DNA from: Bdellovibrionales bacterium
Lineage (GTDB): Bacteria > Bdellovibrionota_C > UBA2361 > SZUA-149 > JAGRAN01
Length of the DNA stretch: 64,000 nt
Assembly (NCBI GenBank): GCA_020434585.1
Contig: JAGRAN010000043.1
Location: 1,157 to 65,156 of the forward strand
Direction: 5' to 3'
Part shown: piece after piece, positions 28,844-37,650 of the stretch
How positions within the stretch are numbered: the first letter of the stretch is position 1
Layout of the letters: every line of letters starts with the position of its first letter
The notes under the pieces: model-generated
Database searches by the model: none
What the model saw: the letters and a program-made list of their open reading frames with translations, nothing else
Told to the model about the DNA's origin: nothing
Position numbers and translations under genes: made by a program

Positions 28844-29350
28844 ATGGATGAGAAAAAGGTCCTGATTTTTGGCACATTTCTGCTAGTCGGCTTGATGGTC
28901 ATAACCTTCATTGAGCTTACGTCGGGCGGGATCTTTAATCGTAACGCCGTGCCGCCGCAAATGACTCCTGAAATGCAGCGAGCCCTGCAGGAGCGAATAA
29001 TGCAGCAGCAGGGCAATCCCTATATGACCCAACCAACGAGCTGCGGCGATGTTTCAGTCGACTGCAAAGTCTCTGCGACTGCTCGAATCAAACACTGCAA
29101 AGCCGACGAGGCAGAAAAGCAAATTAGCGACGAACTGGCCTACCCGCTCAGGTCTGAGACCTGCAAGCAGGCGGAAAGAGCTCTCGCAGAACGCTGCCCG
29201 AGGGGCTGTCCACTCGATTATTCGACGGTTACCGTATTCGGGGGTCAGCTTAATTTTCGCCCCAGCCCTCGTGACGATGAGGGATTTTGCAGCTATGTAG
29301 GGGAAAAATCCGTTACAATTAAAGGAACTTGCAAGCCTGGACAAAGCTAG
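28844..29350 (+). CDS. Hypothetical secreted/anchored Cys-rich protein (168 aa)
   Basis: N-terminal TM (VLIFGTFLLVGLMVITFIEL). Eight Cys in the mature part. Confidence 0.5.
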   Translation: MDEKKVLIFGTFLLVGLMVITFIELTSGGIFNRNAVPPQMTPEMQRALQERIMQQQGNPYMTQPTSCGDVSVDCKVSATARIKHCKADEAEKQISDELAYPLRSETCKQAERALAERCPRGCPLDYSTVTVFGGQLNFRPSPRDDEGFCSYVGEKSVTIKGTCKPGQS

Positions 29351-29426
29351 CCTAAAATCCTTTACTTTTCTCATCAGTTTTATAAGCTCGCTAACTCCTA
29401 AACTTATAGAGCACTAGGCACATCGA

Positions 29427-31286
29427 ATGGGTCAGCCAGACAAAAGCGGTAAACGCAAGCGGCGAATAGCGCGCAATCTCGCGCTGGGATTTGCCGTGTC
29501 CGGTCTGGCAATGTGGTGGATCCTTCACGATATTGAACGCGAACGCATCTTTGCCATTCTCTCAGAAGTTGATCCTTCCTATTTGCTGCTCGCCACCGCC
29601 GCAACGCTGCTGAGCTACGTTATTCGCGCCTGGCGTTGGCCTGTATTCTTTGAATCTTCAGCCCCGGGGTTCGGCGACTCTTTTCGCTGCCTGATGGTCG
29701 GCTTTTTCATGAACAATGTGCTCCCGGCGCGCTTGGGAGAATTTGTGCGCGCTCATCTCGGCGGCCGTGCCACCAATTTAAGCCGCTCGCTCGTCCTTGC
29801 CACCATCGCCGGCGAACGACTTGCTGATGGATTGATGATCAGCACAATGTTTGCGGTTTTATTTGGCTTAACTTCGACGCGGGCAGAATTCAACGACAGC
29901 CAAGAGCTGCTGTATGTTGCATACGGATTTGCCGGAATCGCGTTAATGACCGGAATAGTTCTCTGGCAGCGCCACCGCGCTTATCATTATCTGGAAAGAC
30001 TAGGCCACATCTTCCCTGGACACCTATCCAATTACACGCTGGTTCGCATAGGCAAGTTCATCGAAGGTCTCGAACCAATGCTGCATTTGCCGCGGCTTGT
30101 GCGAATATCCCTGATGACAATAGTCGCCTGGTCGGTCGAGCTGCTGGTCTATTCTTTTGTTGCCAAAGCATTTGGTCAGTCGCTTTCCGTGGGTAATTTG
30201 GCCTTATTCCTTGCCGCAGTGAACTTTAGCTCTCTAATACCCGCCGCTCCCGGCGGCGTCGGTGTTATCGAGGCGTTTGCAACTCTTGCACTTGTGCATG
30301 TTGGAGTTGAACGCGAAACCGCTCTAGCCATGGTTGTCTCCCAGCATATTATCCAGATGCTCGTAGTCGGCATCCCAGGAAGTCTGTACTTCGTATTCTC
30401 GATGGGCGGGAAACTTCCCGAGTCTGACGAAGAAGAGAACGGTCAAATAGCATCAGCGGAATTTGCAGACGTCAGCGGCTCTGCTACGAACAATGATCAG
30501 GATGCTGATTCCTTCCCGATTTGGCCTGACGAAGGGACAAAGGTTTACCTTAGCGTCATTGTGCCCGCCTACAACGAAGAAGACCGACTGCCCAAAACGC
30601 TGCTTTCCATTACGGAATTTCTAGAGGCATCGGACCGCACTTACGAAGTCCTAGTCGTCAACGACGGTAGTTCTGACGGAACTGATAAAGTAGTCCATCA
30701 ATTTGAGCGCCTCTCCCCTGAAGTTAAGCTGCTGCAGTATGGTGAAAACCGCGGTAAAGGTTACGCGGTGCGCTTCGGAGTTATGCATGCGGCCGGTGAA
30801 CTTATTCTTTACACCGACGCAGATGGAGCTTCCCCGATCGAAGAACTCTCTCGCCTTGAAAATGCGATTACTAAAGGTGCTCAGGTAGCGATTGGTTCGA
30901 GAGCACTTTACTCGCAGGATACACAAGTCAGCACCTTGTGGGTCAGGAAGTTTATGGGTCGGGTTTTTAACGGAATTGTAAATTTCGTAATGCTGCCTGG
31001 AATCGCCGATACACAATGCGGTTTCAAGCTATTTCGCCGACCTGTAGCACGCTACGTCTTCTCCCGTTCCAAATCTGAAGGCTTCTCCTTCGATGTCGAA
31101 ATTCTTTATCTCGCAAGAAAGGCCGGCGCAAAAATAGCAGAAGTTCCGATTAACTGGACTAATGTACCCGGCTCCAAAGTTAATCTTGTCAGCGATTCAG
31201 CTAAAATGTTTCGCGATATTTTAATCTTTAGAATGCGGGATGTCTTCGGAGGCTACGGAAAGACTGTCGGCGTCGATGAGCTATAA
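29427..31286 (+). CDS. Fusion: flippase-like polytopic membrane domain (UPF0104 / lysyl-PG-synthase TM-like) + GT2 glycosyltransferase (Dpm1-like)
   Basis: 619 aa. About 330 aa of N-terminal TM helices. C-terminal VIVPAYNEEDRLPKTL...YEVLVVNDGSSDGT and a TDADG motif. Confidence 0.8.
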   Translation: MGQPDKSGKRKRRIARNLALGFAVSGLAMWWILHDIERERIFAILSEVDPSYLLLATAATLLSYVIRAWRWPVFFESSAPGFGDSFRCLMVGFFMNNVLPARLGEFVRAHLGGRATNLSRSLVLATIAGERLADGLMISTMFAVLFGLTSTRAEFNDSQELLYVAYGFAGIALMTGIVLWQRHRAYHYLERLGHIFPGHLSNYTLVRIGKFIEGLEPMLHLPRLVRISLMTIVAWSVELLVYSFVAKAFGQSLSVGNLALFLAAVNFSSLIPAAPGGVGVIEAFATLALVHVGVERETALAMVVSQHIIQMLVVGIPGSLYFVFSMGGKLPESDEEENGQIASAEFADVSGSATNNDQDADSFPIWPDEGTKVYLSVIVPAYNEEDRLPKTLLSITEFLEASDRTYEVLVVNDGSSDGTDKVVHQFERLSPEVKLLQYGENRGKGYAVRFGVMHAAGELILYTDADGASPIEELSRLENAITKGAQVAIGSRALYSQDTQVSTLWVRKFMGRVFNGIVNFVMLPGIADTQCGFKLFRRPVARYVFSRSKSEGFSFDVEILYLARKAGAKIAEVPINWTNVPGSKVNLVSDSAKMFRDILIFRMRDVFGGYGKTVGVDEL

Positions 31287-32474
31287 GGCGTACTGCTGCT
31301 CGTAGCGATTAAGTATTCTCTCAATTCCAAAAGCATCTCGAACGAAATTCTGGCCACTTTTTGCTTTTTCAGCACAGCTTGCTCGGTTCTCACAAACTGA
31401 ATTCATAATCCTAGCGAGTGCAGAATTATCCTTAGGCGGAAACAAGTAGCCCCGCTCACTATCAAGGACCTCAGTCACTCCGCCTACACTCGTGCTTACG
31501 CATAGCAAACCAGCACTCATCGCCTCAAGCAGTGACATCGGCATTGACTCCGAAAGCGACGACAAGATAAATCCGTCCGCAGCCGACAATAGGTCGGGCA
31601 CATCGTCTCTAAACCCTAGAAACAGGACTCTGTCTTCTACCCCACATTTTGCAGCCTCTTTCTTAAGCGCTTCTCTAAGCGGCCCATCTCCCGCCAAAAG
31701 CAGATACTGGTTCTCCGTGCAGGACTGCATCGCATGCAGCATGGTTTTTTGATCTTTCACCCGAGTCATCATTGCCGCATGTATCCAAACCCACGCATCG
31801 TCTGAAAGTCCAAGCTCTTGCCTAATTGCGGTGCGGGTTTTGGCGGATCGTTCAATCGGAACAATCGGATTGTAGATACAGCTCACGAGCTGCCGCGATA
31901 CGCCCAGGTCAATCAATTTGTCCGCCGTAAACTTAGACACGGCGGTCATAGAACTACCCAATAGTGAAACGGCACGAAGCTTCAACTTGAGCAGCTTCTT
32001 TCTAGCAGGCAGATGGATATCGCCGTGATCTGTTCCGACATGACGAACCCCAGCCAACCTGCAAGCCAAGGCGCCGTAAAAATTCGAATCTAACAAATGG
32101 GAGTGAACGACATCCGCCTTAAGATCCTTGAAACGCGCCGCCAAGCGAAATGGCAGAGTAACATCGAGGGACCTGCGACTGTCTATACGGGAGCGCGGCA
32201 GGCTAAGGCGATCCAGCTCCTCGGTCAGCCAGCCGTCTTGCATCGTAATGATACTTACATCGTGGCCTCTGGTTCTAAACGCGTCGGCCAGGGTCACAAC
32301 AATTTGCTCCGCCCCGCCAGCCTCTGCGCTTTCTATGAAGTAGACAATTCGCATGCTTATCAGGCTAGTGGTTAAAACTCGCTTAGTAGCGTATCGTATA
32401 GAAAGGCAATCAGTCTTGAATTTTGTCGCGAGGTTCAGTCCCCATGTCGAAAGACGATTTAGAGCAGCCCCCAT
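31281..32474 (-). CDS. Glycosyltransferase family 4 (GT-B, retaining)
   Basis: E-x7-E region EAMSAGLLCVSTSVGGVTEV. Confidence 0.8.
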   Translation of the reverse strand: MGAALNRLSTWGLNLATKFKTDCLSIRYATKRVLTTSLISMRIVYFIESAEAGGAEQIVVTLADAFRTRGHDVSIITMQDGWLTEELDRLSLPRSRIDSRRSLDVTLPFRLAARFKDLKADVVHSHLLDSNFYGALACRLAGVRHVGTDHGDIHLPARKKLLKLKLRAVSLLGSSMTAVSKFTADKLIDLGVSRQLVSCIYNPIVPIERSAKTRTAIRQELGLSDDAWVWIHAAMMTRVKDQKTMLHAMQSCTENQYLLLAGDGPLREALKKEAAKCGVEDRVLFLGFRDDVPDLLSAADGFILSSLSESMPMSLLEAMSAGLLCVSTSVGGVTEVLDSERGYLFPPKDNSALARIMNSVCENRASCAEKAKSGQNFVRDAFGIERILNRYEQQYAL

Positions 32475-32755
32475 CCGGGGAAGGCATGATTCGCTTCATT
32501 CCGACGATTCAGTATTACATTCGCAGCTACGGCAACAGCGCCGAGGGTAACGACAAGAAGGGCTTTGAAACCTTCAAAATGTACGAGGCTCACGAAAAGA
32601 CCAGACGCCTCCAAACCGAGCTCAGCTGGCTCAAAAGCGGTCGAGTCGACATCAACGTCTGCGACAACGTCATCGGCAAAAAGCGCGCTCAAAAGTGGCA
32701 GAGCTACGAACACTGGGCCTCCCTTGCCCTGATGTGGCTGATGAAGAAAGTGTAG
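32423..32755 (+). CDS. Hypothetical small protein
   Basis: ORF only. Charged/helical. Confidence 0.3.
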   Translation: MSRGSVPMSKDDLEQPPSGEGMIRFIPTIQYYIRSYGNSAEGNDKKGFETFKMYEAHEKTRRLQTELSWLKSGRVDINVCDNVIGKKRAQKWQSYEHWASLALMWLMKKV

Positions 32756-32969
32756 TTCTAAACGCCGGAAAATGTCTTGTCATATTGGCGTGTTAAGCCT
32801 AATATCGTGCTTGCATCACCTCATACTTAACACTTAGGGCTTTTTGTCCGATGATGTAAGTATCTGGTTCCGCTGGTTTCCTACTGATTTTTTAATGAAT
32901 TTTTTTAGCAAATTCAACCACCTAGTCCTAGACTAGGGGTAAAAACCCAGTAATAATGGAGGTGGAGGT

Positions 32970-33815
32970 TTGCTTACAGCGATTGACGGTGAGGTTTTAG
33001 CGATGCTTTGTAAGTTGATTGACGATCTAAATGGTCGACTTAAAGTTCTGCGCTCCGATTGCAGGGGAAGCGCGTTTCTGATTTTCCTACCAATAGTCAT
33101 TCTGATTGCAGTCATTCTGTCCGTCGGCGGGTGGATGATGGCAATGGAGATTATCACTCCAGCCTCAGGAGAACTGAGCGGAAAAGACGGTGCTCTTAAA
33201 ACAGGCGGCGGCGTTTCTACGGTCGACTACCTCGGGCTTGCTCAGCCAAACGATCCTTTAATGGACGTTACGATTCAGCGTTTGCAGCGAAACGTGGCGC
33301 AAATTACTGGCTTCACGGCTCAAGACGTTAGCGAGTCCAAAGGTCAGGTGAGTATTTTTCTCACAGATGTTGCTATCTATCCGTCTTGCCAAGCGGACGG
33401 AACGCCTGTTGGAGCGCAATATGCGGATTTGCAGAGCGCGCGAGACGATCTAGGCTCAACGGATCTCTGCTGTGTTCACACTGTTCAACCACCTCCTCCG
33501 ATCAAAAAGCAGAACCTTGTAACACCCGGTGACGGCGTTACCCAGAACGTCGGTGGCGACGACACTGAAATGGTCAACGCCGCTTACAATAGATGCCTTG
33601 CCCTAACCGGCTCTACTGTCGAGCAGGCTGATTGGCGCAATGGCCGTATCGGAATTGCGGGGTGCACACAGTACAACTGTATGTGCAACGTGAATTGGGT
33701 TATGGAGTCGGCTTTTGATACGACCTGGAATAAGAGCGTTTTTTGTCGCTTAACGCCAAAAGGCAGCCAGTATCGTCAGAAAAAGTACGATGAACCAGGC
33801 GCCTACATGGGGTAA
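32970..33815 (+). CDS. Hypothetical protein with TadE-like N-terminal segment (possible Tad pseudopilin)
   Basis: RGSAFLIFLPIVILIAVILSVGG resembles the TadE/TadG N-terminal motif. Start is uncertain. Confidence 0.45.
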   Translation: MLTAIDGEVLAMLCKLIDDLNGRLKVLRSDCRGSAFLIFLPIVILIAVILSVGGWMMAMEIITPASGELSGKDGALKTGGGVSTVDYLGLAQPNDPLMDVTIQRLQRNVAQITGFTAQDVSESKGQVSIFLTDVAIYPSCQADGTPVGAQYADLQSARDDLGSTDLCCVHTVQPPPPIKKQNLVTPGDGVTQNVGGDDTEMVNAAYNRCLALTGSTVEQADWRNGRIGIAGCTQYNCMCNVNWVMESAFDTTWNKSVFCRLTPKGSQYRQKKYDEPGAYMG

Positions 33816-33930
33816 ACTGGCGTCCTAGGTGTTGACGCAAAGCTCTGCCGATACGCACTTAAATTTTAAACGAAAGTACTTCGAGGGGAAGAGGTATCAT
33901 CAGCAGTCATTCAAAATAGAGGGCCATTAA

Positions 33931-34698
33931 ATGATCGCATTGCTCCTAAGGCGCGGTCGTGTTGGGTCACGCTTTCGCACGGAAACTGGCGTGCACATGA
34001 TCGAACTCGCTATCGGCCTTCCGCTGCTCTTCATCACTATCTTTATTACGTTCGACCTCGCGAAGGTCACGGCAGGCTATATGTCGATGCACTCAGCAGT
34101 CAGCTTGGCCACGAGGCGCGCTGCTGCTATTTCCCGACCTGAGTGGGGCAATGTCACTATAGCTTACAACAATACTAATCCTGTTACCGGAGACCAATCA
34201 ATTCCCGCAGGGGGGGGGCAGTTGGCCGGTGTTTTGCGCAACTATACTGAATTCGTTTCCCCTGGAATTGATGGAAGTTGGTATGACGCCATAGCAGACG
34301 ACAATATCCAATTCGCAAACGAAGACCGAGATCCGATAGGCAATTTATTCAGGATTGAAGCCAGAGCGATTGCATACGCAAACTCCGCTATCACAAACAA
34401 CGTTGGTGGCTCTCAATACCCATGCGACGCAGGCATTCCTAACGGCAACCCTGGTGCCGGACCTCCCGGCTGCTTCCGCTGTTTTACTCTGAGAGGAGAC
34501 AACACAGATTATCGCAACAAATTTACCCAAGGGGGACTTGGCCAAGTCTGGGAAAACAAGGTGCTTGCAATTCGCTGCGATTACGATATCCCGATCCTGA
34601 CATCAGCTTTTTTTGGGGCGGCACCATTCTGGACAGTCTCGTCGACTGTATATGTAGCCATCAACGACTACTCCGACTGGTTCTACTTCCTGCTATAA
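33931..34698 (+). CDS. TadE-like protein (Flp-pilus-assembly pseudopilin family)
   Basis: N-terminus TETGVHMIELAIGLPLLFITIFITFDLAKV matches the TadE-like domain pattern (charged, then EFALxxPxLL). Confidence 0.6.
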   Translation: MIALLLRRGRVGSRFRTETGVHMIELAIGLPLLFITIFITFDLAKVTAGYMSMHSAVSLATRRAAAISRPEWGNVTIAYNNTNPVTGDQSIPAGGGQLAGVLRNYTEFVSPGIDGSWYDAIADDNIQFANEDRDPIGNLFRIEARAIAYANSAITNNVGGSQYPCDAGIPNGNPGAGPPGCFRCFTLRGDNTDYRNKFTQGGLGQVWENKVLAIRCDYDIPILTSAFFGAAPFWTVSSTVYVAINDYSDWFYFLL

Positions 34699-34713
34699 GC
34701 GAGAGATTTTCTA

Positions 34714-37389
34714 ATGACGAACAAATGGCAGAGAACGTTATCTAGGCTGAGTTGTGAGGGCGGCGCTGCCCTTGCCTATTTAGCGATATTCATGTTTCTT
34801 CTGTTGATCATCGCTTTTGGCTATCAAATCGACATGTCGTTTACCGCCGCCTCATCTGCGCAAGGTCAAATTGCAATGGATGAAGCCGGATTCCATGGTA
34901 TCGCTGAGATTCCTGATTACGACGCGATGTACAACGTCGCGCAGGGCGAAGCAAGAAGCCTCCTCGATGTTGGCAGCGGCTTCACGGGTCCCTTTTATTC
35001 CGGGGGCCTGCCTTCTGGTATTGGGAATTCGACTTTTAGCTCTGTCCCAGGATTTGCAATTTGGATTCCGAGGAAAGGCCTCGGCTCCGGCGCTTTCTAT
35101 CCTGAAAGCCTCACGCCCGCTGACAATGCTAACCTATATAACGATGTAATTCGACGCGCAGTGGACCCCTGTCTGGACGGAAACCCTTTTACTTGCGGCA
35201 CCGGTCAATTAGACACATGGGGCAACGCAGTAGTAATGCGAGCTGTCCTGAGCCCCACTCAAGTTTTTGCAATCGGCAACATCCTCCCTGCCACCAATGT
35301 TGAGATTATTTCGGTTGCCCACGAGCAGTCGAGCTGGGTTTATATAGTTGTAGACCCTACCTTCCCGTTCTTTAACGGCAATGCCCAGCACATCTGGGGT
35401 CCCAGTTTTCAATGGCAGGTCGGCGCTGGAACAGAGCCTGGCCAGTGGCCACTAGTTGATGCAATCGAGCCAATTTCAGCAGCGGCGATAGACGCAGGGG
35501 GGGTTGGTTTTCCAGGATTCGATCAGAGCTATACGTGGCTTTCAACTCCGACTTCTCCCCTCGGTGCAAACATCTCGGGAAATACTCCGTTCGTCCCCTT
35601 CTTCCCTTCCATGGGTGCACTTGAGGAAACTTTTCATAAAGTCTACGGCTCCGCCTGTAATAACTTTGTTTGGCAGAACTACCTACGTGGAATTGTGCGC
35701 GTAATTGACTTGTTTACGCGTAGTTCTGCCTACAACTACTTTACAATGGTCGGCATCGACAGTGGCATTCCAGATGACAACATCTCCTCTTTGAACGGGG
35801 GTAACTTTGACCCTTCATCCGGTGGAGGACCAACCTCATTAACTGACACTAACTCTTGGAGCAGCTGGAGCAACCAAACTGTTGATCATCTCAGAACGAT
35901 CGCAGTGCACCCTACGGTCGCCTACGGCCAAGTTCCTACACTGACCACTGGAGCAATATCAATTCATTCAGACGGGTCAGATCCAGCGCTTAGTGTCTCT
36001 CAGTTTAACAATCCAGACGGCACTGATACTGGCGCACTTCACTCTCCTAAAACGTTTGGATTTCGAGGCTGGATTAACGTTACCGATCCAAGCTCGAACC
36101 CTGCAGTAAAGACTGTTGCAACGCAGATGAGTTCTGCGGCGTTCGGCAGAGAGTATGTTAACAACAAGTGGCTCGAGCTATGCGTGTGCCACGGAGTAAA
36201 TGCTGGGTCCGGGGGAAGCGGGTGCGATGGAAGCGGATCGGAAAACTGCCTTTCGCCTGATGTAGATTCCGAGGACTATTTCAGCGACTGGTTTCGCCAC
36301 GACGAAAGCGGCGACACGCGTGAGCGCCAGAGGGCACAACCAGGAACCACTACCTTCAACTGGTGCAGCGATACACTGAACTCGGACAACGTTGATTTCT
36401 CAGATCATCGCCAAGGTGCGGACGAATCTGTTAGAAACATTATCGCAGGCTTAGGCCCCAGAGTTTTAAATCCCAACATCCCACGTAACGGTGCCCTCAA
36501 TAACACTACCGGGAATCCGCAAAACTGTAACGGCAGTGGTGAGCCTTGCTGGAGAACTCCGGTCGACGACGATCCCGACGGCGCCGGCCCAATTACGGCC
36601 ATTCCTCAGCCAGATCTATCTCCGTCTGGTTGTCTATTGGAAAACAATAATGCTAGCTGCCAGGCTTTTTTCCCGAACTCTGCGGTCGGGTACACTGATT
36701 ACCCTCCCGAAAAATGGTGGCTACCCGGACACCAAATGCTTGCGCACTCATTGCGTCACGCGGTCGATATGATTTCAATTTCCGCAGCTGCCTATTCTAA
36801 CAATATCGGTTTTCAGAACTATGCGGCAGTTAATCCCGTCCTGCCCGAGAATCGGGCAATAGTCCTTTTTGGTCTTCGACCCTACAGCCCTATTACTGGC
36901 GCGACTATAAACGGAACAGGGCTAACCAAGAACCAAATGGCCAATGAATGGCGCGCAAGCCTTGCTTGGGCCGCTTGCACCAACAGTACGCAAGTGGTCA
37001 TTGCTGCGCTTGCCCTTGACGACTACGGAGCCAGCAGGTGGGGTGACATTGCTCTGGTTGTGGAGGATTTTAAGAACTATTTTAATGCTCAGAGCGAAGG
37101 TTGCACTCAAGCGGGCTTCGGCGCCAACTGTCTTGACGATGTTCTGCCCTCGCTAGGTGGCGGAGGAGCTGCTCCTCACCCAGCTTGCACGACAACCGCG
37201 ATGGGCAACAACCAGCAGCCCGGTGCCAGCGGAGAAATGGCCCGCGTATCGATGTATATTAGAGACTTCAATGAACCCGGGCTAACAGGTACTCCGGCTG
37301 TCAGAAAGGCCAAGGCCGCGCAAGGTTTTGCGGCAGAAGCATGGTCTGTCATTCAGTCTCTGATATCAAAACAAGACGCACTGCTCTGA
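34714..37389 (+). CDS. Large TadG-like protein (891 aa) with Gly/Asn/Ser/Pro-rich extracellular body
   Basis: N-terminus CEGGAALAYLAIFMFLLLIIAFGYQIDMSF is TadG/TadE-like. The remainder is low-complexity beta-rich with scattered Cys. Confidence 0.55.
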   Translation: MTNKWQRTLSRLSCEGGAALAYLAIFMFLLLIIAFGYQIDMSFTAASSAQGQIAMDEAGFHGIAEIPDYDAMYNVAQGEARSLLDVGSGFTGPFYSGGLPSGIGNSTFSSVPGFAIWIPRKGLGSGAFYPESLTPADNANLYNDVIRRAVDPCLDGNPFTCGTGQLDTWGNAVVMRAVLSPTQVFAIGNILPATNVEIISVAHEQSSWVYIVVDPTFPFFNGNAQHIWGPSFQWQVGAGTEPGQWPLVDAIEPISAAAIDAGGVGFPGFDQSYTWLSTPTSPLGANISGNTPFVPFFPSMGALEETFHKVYGSACNNFVWQNYLRGIVRVIDLFTRSSAYNYFTMVGIDSGIPDDNISSLNGGNFDPSSGGGPTSLTDTNSWSSWSNQTVDHLRTIAVHPTVAYGQVPTLTTGAISIHSDGSDPALSVSQFNNPDGTDTGALHSPKTFGFRGWINVTDPSSNPAVKTVATQMSSAAFGREYVNNKWLELCVCHGVNAGSGGSGCDGSGSENCLSPDVDSEDYFSDWFRHDESGDTRERQRAQPGTTTFNWCSDTLNSDNVDFSDHRQGADESVRNIIAGLGPRVLNPNIPRNGALNNTTGNPQNCNGSGEPCWRTPVDDDPDGAGPITAIPQPDLSPSGCLLENNNASCQAFFPNSAVGYTDYPPEKWWLPGHQMLAHSLRHAVDMISISAAAYSNNIGFQNYAAVNPVLPENRAIVLFGLRPYSPITGATINGTGLTKNQMANEWRASLAWAACTNSTQVVIAALALDDYGASRWGDIALVVEDFKNYFNAQSEGCTQAGFGANCLDDVLPSLGGGGAAPHPACTTTAMGNNQQPGASGEMARVSMYIRDFNEPGLTGTPAVRKAKAAQGFAAEAWSVIQSLISKQDALL

Positions 37390-37399
37390 GGACACGCTA

Positions 37400-37648
37400 A
37401 TGAGACGCGAATCAGCACTGCATAATGAGAACGGAGCCGAAATTGTAGAACTGCTGCTTGGAGCAGCTATTTTAATTGTGGGGCTCCTTGCAGTTATTTC
37501 TTTTAATGAGGACGCGTGGTCCAACCGAACTCGAACTGCCCGCTGTCAGTATCAGGATTGGCAGCAAGTTGACCCGAGCGGCGGAACCGTACAGATGCTT
37601 TACAACGATTCTCAAGGTCGATGCTGTCGTAACGGCGTCTGCACCTAG
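37400..37648 (+). CDS. Small TadE-like/pseudopilin-like protein (82 aa)
   Basis: ENGAEIVELLLGAAILIVGLLAVISF N-terminal motif. Three Cys in the C-terminal tail. Confidence 0.45.
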   Translation: MRRESALHNENGAEIVELLLGAAILIVGLLAVISFNEDAWSNRTRTARCQYQDWQQVDPSGGTVQMLYNDSQGRCCRNGVCT

Positions 37649-37650
37649 GG

